Assembly: GCA_022813965.1 (NCBI GenBank)
Contig: JALDZS010000003.1
Location: 62,001 to 126,000 of the forward strand
Direction of reading: 5' to 3'
Origin: Toensbergia leucococca
Taxonomy: Eukaryota
Length of the DNA: 64,000 nt
The notes beneath the pieces are model-generated. The model was given only the letters and a program-made list of their open reading frames with translations. It had not been told where the DNA came from and did not search any database. Numbering within the stretch: the first letter of the stretch is position 1; the number at the start of each line of letters is the position of its first letter. Position numbers and translations under genes: made by a program. Below are positions 59,397-64,000 of this stretch, piece by piece.

Positions 59397-62300
59397 TCAC
59401 ACCCGCCTCAACATCATGTCCTGCACACTATCATTAATTTGAGGCATGCTTGTCACAACCCCCACCGTCTTTGGCGCCACCCTCCTTAACCTGCTCAAAC
59501 CCGTGCGCCTTTCGTTATCCATCTTGCCCGACTCTACCTCAACATAGGCTGCAGCAAGAGAGACTATCGTTCTGTAATTCACCATTCGTAACTCCGGTTG
59601 TCGTCGTCCAGGTTGCAATCGGTCGATTTTGGCCTCGATATTCTTCTTTCCGTGCACTGCCCATCCTGGCCAATCCGCAATTAGCTGCTTTTCGCAGAAT
59701 TGGAATGCTTCCAGTGCACGATTGTTTCGTGCAAGACACTCGACGTAGACATTCCAACTTTGGCTGTTAAGACCGTATCCAGAGAAATAGAGATCCTCCA
59801 CCATCACCGACACCTCGTCGATGCGACCTAAAGCTGAAAGAGCCCGAATGTAAAGCTTGAGAGGCTTGTTCAATATCCAGCGGCGGGAAGGAAGAACCCA
59901 GCCTCCCTGTGACAGATCAGACGCATTCGCCGGACGCACCAGCTGTTCCGTCTTCTGTAGCACGAGATGCCAGCACGCCTCGACCTCCCTGTAGTCTTCC
60001 TGGTGATAATGTGCCACCATCAACGCAGTGAGCATTGGCACAGGCGGGCTGATGTCAGCATTTGGCCAAAGCTTTTTTGATGTTGCTATGTATTGCTCGT
60101 AAAGCTGGGCAACCTTTTCAAATGACCCTTCTCGGCCGTAGTGGGCAATCAACTCGGTAAAATATACTGAAGGAAACCCCTCGTCAAGCCTCTGGATACC
60201 AAAGCCTGTCAGCGGTTGTTGAGGCGCAAGCTCCATGAGACTGATATTGGCCACGGTCTGTTCCAACAATTCATCGGCTCGCTGGAAAGCCAACGCTTCG
60301 CCATCTCTACCTTCCGATTCCAGTCGCCTACCATCGTGACGTACAGCTGCCCGATTAAGTAAATTCTCGGTGCTCATTGAGGGCTTTATGCCTCTTTCTA
60401 TCATACGCCTGTATAGCAACATTACCTTGTCGTACTCGTGAGTAGATAGATAACCTGACATTACAGTGGCGTAATGAAGGGAGTTGACTCGCACATTTTC
60501 TCGAGGTAGGATTGAATCTAAGACTCTGGATGCAGCTCTAGCCTGCCTCCTGATACAAAGAGCGTGCAGTAGCACATTCCAGGTTTTATTGTCGAAAGGC
60601 ACCTCAGCTTTCTTCATTTGTCGCTGCAGCTTCGATACACGCTCTAGATCGCCACGCATTGCATATGCATTGAGGATATGATTCCACATCTCAGTCGCTG
60701 TGCCTCGCAGACCCTCTTGCATAGCCTCACGGATTTTTCTTTGCGCATCGTCGAGACGATTGTTTCTGATCAAGGCCAAGACAAGAGCAGTCATCATTCC
60801 CATGGTTCTTCCGATGCCTTGGGCCTTGCATTGCTGCAACATGTCTTCAACAGCGTCTAAATCGCCGCGATCCGCGTACATGGTCATCATCGTATTGAAA
60901 GTAACTGCGTTAGGCTTGCAATCACTCTCAAGTATCTGGCTGAACCAAGACAAAGCTCCGTCAACGTCACCAACTCGAGTAAAAGTGGCGAGGACTATAT
61001 TCCAAGAATGCACCATTCGATCCGCATCGAAATCGTCCTTCAGTCGATGGAACGTCTGTACAGCCTGTTCAACTTCGGCTCTTCTGAAGTGTACATAGAG
61101 GAGCACGTGGTATATATGTGAAGTGTCTGGGTTTCCGAAATGGGCGACAGATTCTTGGGCGAGGCCGTGCACAGCCTCCGCATTGCCTTGACGAGCAAAC
61201 GCAGTCATGAAAAGCAGATAAGCAACTTTATTCGGCCTCTGATGATAACGCCTGTAATCATCAAGCAACTTTCTCTGATCGTCTTCAGATTGAGTCTCGC
61301 AACACCAGCGCAAGATGGCGTTCATTAGGGCATGACTTGGCACTAGTTGCGTTTCTTCTGTCAAATCTCGGTATATGGCATTTGCGACATTCCCATATCT
61401 TGACCTGTCTAACGACAACACGCGGTATATCGCATTTGCGTACATGGTCAAAGTAGGCATTTCCAGAAGTTTCCTTCTTTGAAAGAGCTTTTGATATGCT
61501 ATGGGGTCAAATGACGCCCCTTTGACATTGAGCGCTCGTAAACTGAGATTTAGGACGAATTTGCGGACGTCTGGAGCAGCATCAGCTCCCGAAGCTTTTT
61601 GGTTTTTGAGTACGAGACTTGTAGCTAATAAAGCCGCATCTATCAATTGCGCCTTTGGCAAAAAGTTGACCTCAGACCAAATGTCAGGCCATCTGAGGAT
61701 CTTCATCCCAGCCGTCTTGTATGTAATAAAGACTTCGGTCGCACTGAGCAATTTTCCATGCGTGATAGAGTAGAGTAATATTGCTGAAAGCCCCAGATAG
61801 CCTCCTGTCTTCGCCAATCCTTCTCTATGGAGCATAATTGCCCTTTTAAGATTTTTCTGTCGTAGCGCAGCAGCAATTGCACGACTATAATGAATTCCCC
61901 GTCGTTTTTCAACAGCGATAGTATCAAACAAAAGTCTAGAACGCTTGCTGTCAACCTGTCGGTCTGAAGATCCCAGATAGTTGAGTAGCCTAGTAGTCTG
62001 GTGCTCCGACAAGTGACCTGATAGCTTTTGCAGGCTTCGATACTTTTGCCATACTAGGTTATACTCGGTTCTAGTGTTCTTCGATATTAGAACTTGGTTG
62101 AGACTTTCTAAAAGTTGCCTACTCAACATCGGTGGTTTTTTCTCGTCCTCGGACAGCGCAAGGTTGTCTGTCTCTGGTTGTAATGCTGCCGCAGCAAGAT
62201 GATGATGGCTTCCACTTTCGAGCTCATCTCCAGCTGCCGTTGATATATACGCCCTGGACTCTTGCTGAACCCGTCGTTTTTGACGACGCGACTTTGGGTA

Positions 62301-62615
62301 TAATACATCTTTCAGAACAAACCGTTGGATCAGGGCCAATGTCTGAGTCGGGTAGAGAAAGTCCAAAAAGCGCCCCTCGAGTATACTAGAAGGTAGGCTC
62401 CTTAACGTGGTGTGCCTACCACTAGATGCCCGTGGTGGATTCTCCGCCGATGGTACTTCTAACAAGGATATCCACCAGGACGGTAAATCAATGCTACCAG
62501 CACCGTGGCACCAAAAAGCTGAATGAAGGGAGCGCCGGCTTCGGAAAGGTTCCATTGACTTGTGAAAGTGACGGCGTGCACCATTCTCGAGACATCCTGC
62601 TGCTCGCTCTATCAT
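59397..62615 (-). CDS. cya-5: Mitochondrial PPR protein, COX1 translation factor Cya-5/Pet309-like
   Basis: MIERAAGCLE...RRSLHSAFWCHGA, FLDFLYP N-terminus; multiple PPR repeats (SWNIVLATF, TFNTMMTMYA, WNHILNAYA). Confidence 0.82.
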   Translation of the reverse strand: MIERAAGCLENGARRHFHKSMEPFRSRRSLHSAFWCHGAGSIDLPSWWISLLEVPSAENPPRASSGRHTTLRSLPSSILEGRFLDFLYPTQTLALIQRFVLKDVLYPKSRRQKRRVQQESRAYISTAAGDELESGSHHHLAAAALQPETDNLALSEDEKKPPMLSRQLLESLNQVLISKNTRTEYNLVWQKYRSLQKLSGHLSEHQTTRLLNYLGSSDRQVDSKRSRLLFDTIAVEKRRGIHYSRAIAAALRQKNLKRAIMLHREGLAKTGGYLGLSAILLYSITHGKLLSATEVFITYKTAGMKILRWPDIWSEVNFLPKAQLIDAALLATSLVLKNQKASGADAAPDVRKFVLNLSLRALNVKGASFDPIAYQKLFQRRKLLEMPTLTMYANAIYRVLSLDRSRYGNVANAIYRDLTEETQLVPSHALMNAILRWCCETQSEDDQRKLLDDYRRYHQRPNKVAYLLFMTAFARQGNAEAVHGLAQESVAHFGNPDTSHIYHVLLYVHFRRAEVEQAVQTFHRLKDDFDADRMVHSWNIVLATFTRVGDVDGALSWFSQILESDCKPNAVTFNTMMTMYADRGDLDAVEDMLQQCKAQGIGRTMGMMTALVLALIRNNRLDDAQRKIREAMQEGLRGTATEMWNHILNAYAMRGDLERVSKLQRQMKKAEVPFDNKTWNVLLHALCIRRQARAASRVLDSILPRENVRVNSLHYATVMSGYLSTHEYDKVMLLYRRMIERGIKPSMSTENLLNRAAVRHDGRRLESEGRDGEALAFQRADELLEQTVANISLMELAPQQPLTGFGIQRLDEGFPSVYFTELIAHYGREGSFEKVAQLYEQYIATSKKLWPNADISPPVPMLTALMVAHYHQEDYREVEACWHLVLQKTEQLVRPANASDLSQGGWVLPSRRWILNKPLKLYIRALSALGRIDEVSVMVEDLYFSGYGLNSQSWNVYVECLARNNRALEAFQFCEKQLIADWPGWAVHGKKNIEAKIDRLQPGRRQPELRMVNYRTIVSLAAAYVEVESGKMDNERRTGLSRLRRVAPKTVGVVTSMPQINDSVQDMMLRRV

Positions 62616-63089
62616 GCCACAACAAGCCTTTCCTCCACTCCGATGGGCCGCCTAGCAATCATAGATTTTTGATAGGAGGTGGATGCAGAGCTCCTGAAGT
62701 TGCCTATGTCGGCGCCGTATCAAATATGGCACAAGTTGAAAGTAGGCCCAGGAAATTGAGGCAAAATTCCAAGAGATTTGAATATTCAAAGCAACGGCCA
62801 AGTTAGGTGAAAATCTTCGATGTATTGATGCCGAGTACTGATTTGTAGAGACCTCTCCATGTGGCATTCAAAGAAAGATTCGAGTGACTTGGGGGCAAAG
62901 AGAGTAGATTTATGCTTTCTTGCAGTATACTCTGTAATCATCATCGACTTGATTATTTACATAACCATCGCCAGACTAGATAAATTACCATAGCGCCTTT
63001 ACAAAGCCGAGGATCTATCAGATATTCTAGCTAATCGAGCTCGCTCGCTCAAGATCGCTACACAAATAATGGACAGACGGTGATTTTCA

Positions 63090-64000
63090 ATGGACATCAC
63101 AACTTTTATTGTCACCCAGAGAGATAAAGCTCTCTTAGTGGGAGACTATGGTTCATACAGGAAACAACTCTCTCGAAGATTATCTACCCTACGCAGAAAG
63201 CTCGGTCACACTACGTCAAAAGGGCACAAGCCCTCCACCAGAGCCTCCGTTACTGTTCAGGATATAAATAGCAACCATGAGTGACTCACACAGATCTGGC
63301 CAATCCGGTTGCTTTTCACTGAATATTGGTCTAGGTTCATACATCTACTTCTGCTTACCTCTGAGCGTGCCTGGGCTCAAGCCATGCACATGAAATCCAC
63401 CCACTCAGCCGAATCAGGAACTCGAGGAATTACCGGCTCAACAAGGCGACACATCTATTCACGGATTCATAAAGCAAGCGTCCACGCCGGATGTCTTGTG
63501 GCGCTTTTACGAGACAAGGAGTTAACAAACCCTGGATCAGAAGCCGTACTCGAAGCACGTGCATATCATGTATCGCTACTAGGCTCGGCGGAGTTCGAGA
63601 AACAAAATTGGGAAAAGTGTTTGAAGGCCTATTCGGAAGCGCGGTTGATATACACAACACTTGCACGATCATTGAATATGAAACAAGACGACGTTTTCCG
63701 AGAATTGCTGACTAATACCATCGACCCTAGCATACGATATGCCGCATACCAGATGAAATTACCACGGACTTTGTCCATAGACTCAATCGTAATGCGATAT
63801 GTTCCGAGTACCGGAAACGAGTACATAGAAGGTATATTGAAACAGAGCCCGGATGTACCGACCGAAGAAGCGACGGGCACCAAGGCTTTGTCTGGTGATA
63901 GCGAGGAAAATTTGCCAAGATCAATAACCTGGCGATCGCGAACCATTAAGCTGGAAGACGCAGCAATATCCCAAGCACTTGCTTCGGTTTCAGTCGCAGA
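63090..64000 (+). CDS. SRP68: Signal recognition particle subunit Srp68 (3'-partial; intron ~63281-63334)
   Basis: MDITTFIVTQRDKALLVGDYGSYRKQLSRRL; LLLLTSERAWAQAM; IDPSIRYAAYQ; ITWRSR. Confidence 0.92.

Overview
Eukaryotic genomic DNA from a filamentous ascomycete (Pezizomycotina), inferred from GT-AG introns with CTRAC branch points, fungal-specific eEF3 and Zn2Cys6 genes. About 20 genes, mostly housekeeping: eEF3, EMW1/TTC27, SEC62, VPS52, eIF5A, RRN7, ubiquitin-L40, Yip1-family, GYP8, Mms1/ThtA-like, eIF5B, DLD1, Cya-5/Pet309 PPR and partial SRP68. Others are an MFS transporter, an MDR dehydrogenase ending in SKL and a Nudix hydrolase. An accessory stretch (~14.5-30.9 kb) holds decayed retroelement copies, an orphan AflR-like regulator and a five-exon gene invisible in the ORF track that encodes a small acidic protein with an intron-split C-terminal Zn2Cys6 cluster. 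Also seen: two TIR-bounded non-autonomous DNA elements, an apparent GT-GG intron in VPS52, an intron-split start codon, candidate structured ncRNA regions, and a recurring C/A-rich to G/T-rich skew switch. All calls come from manual reading and remembered family motifs; no searches were run.
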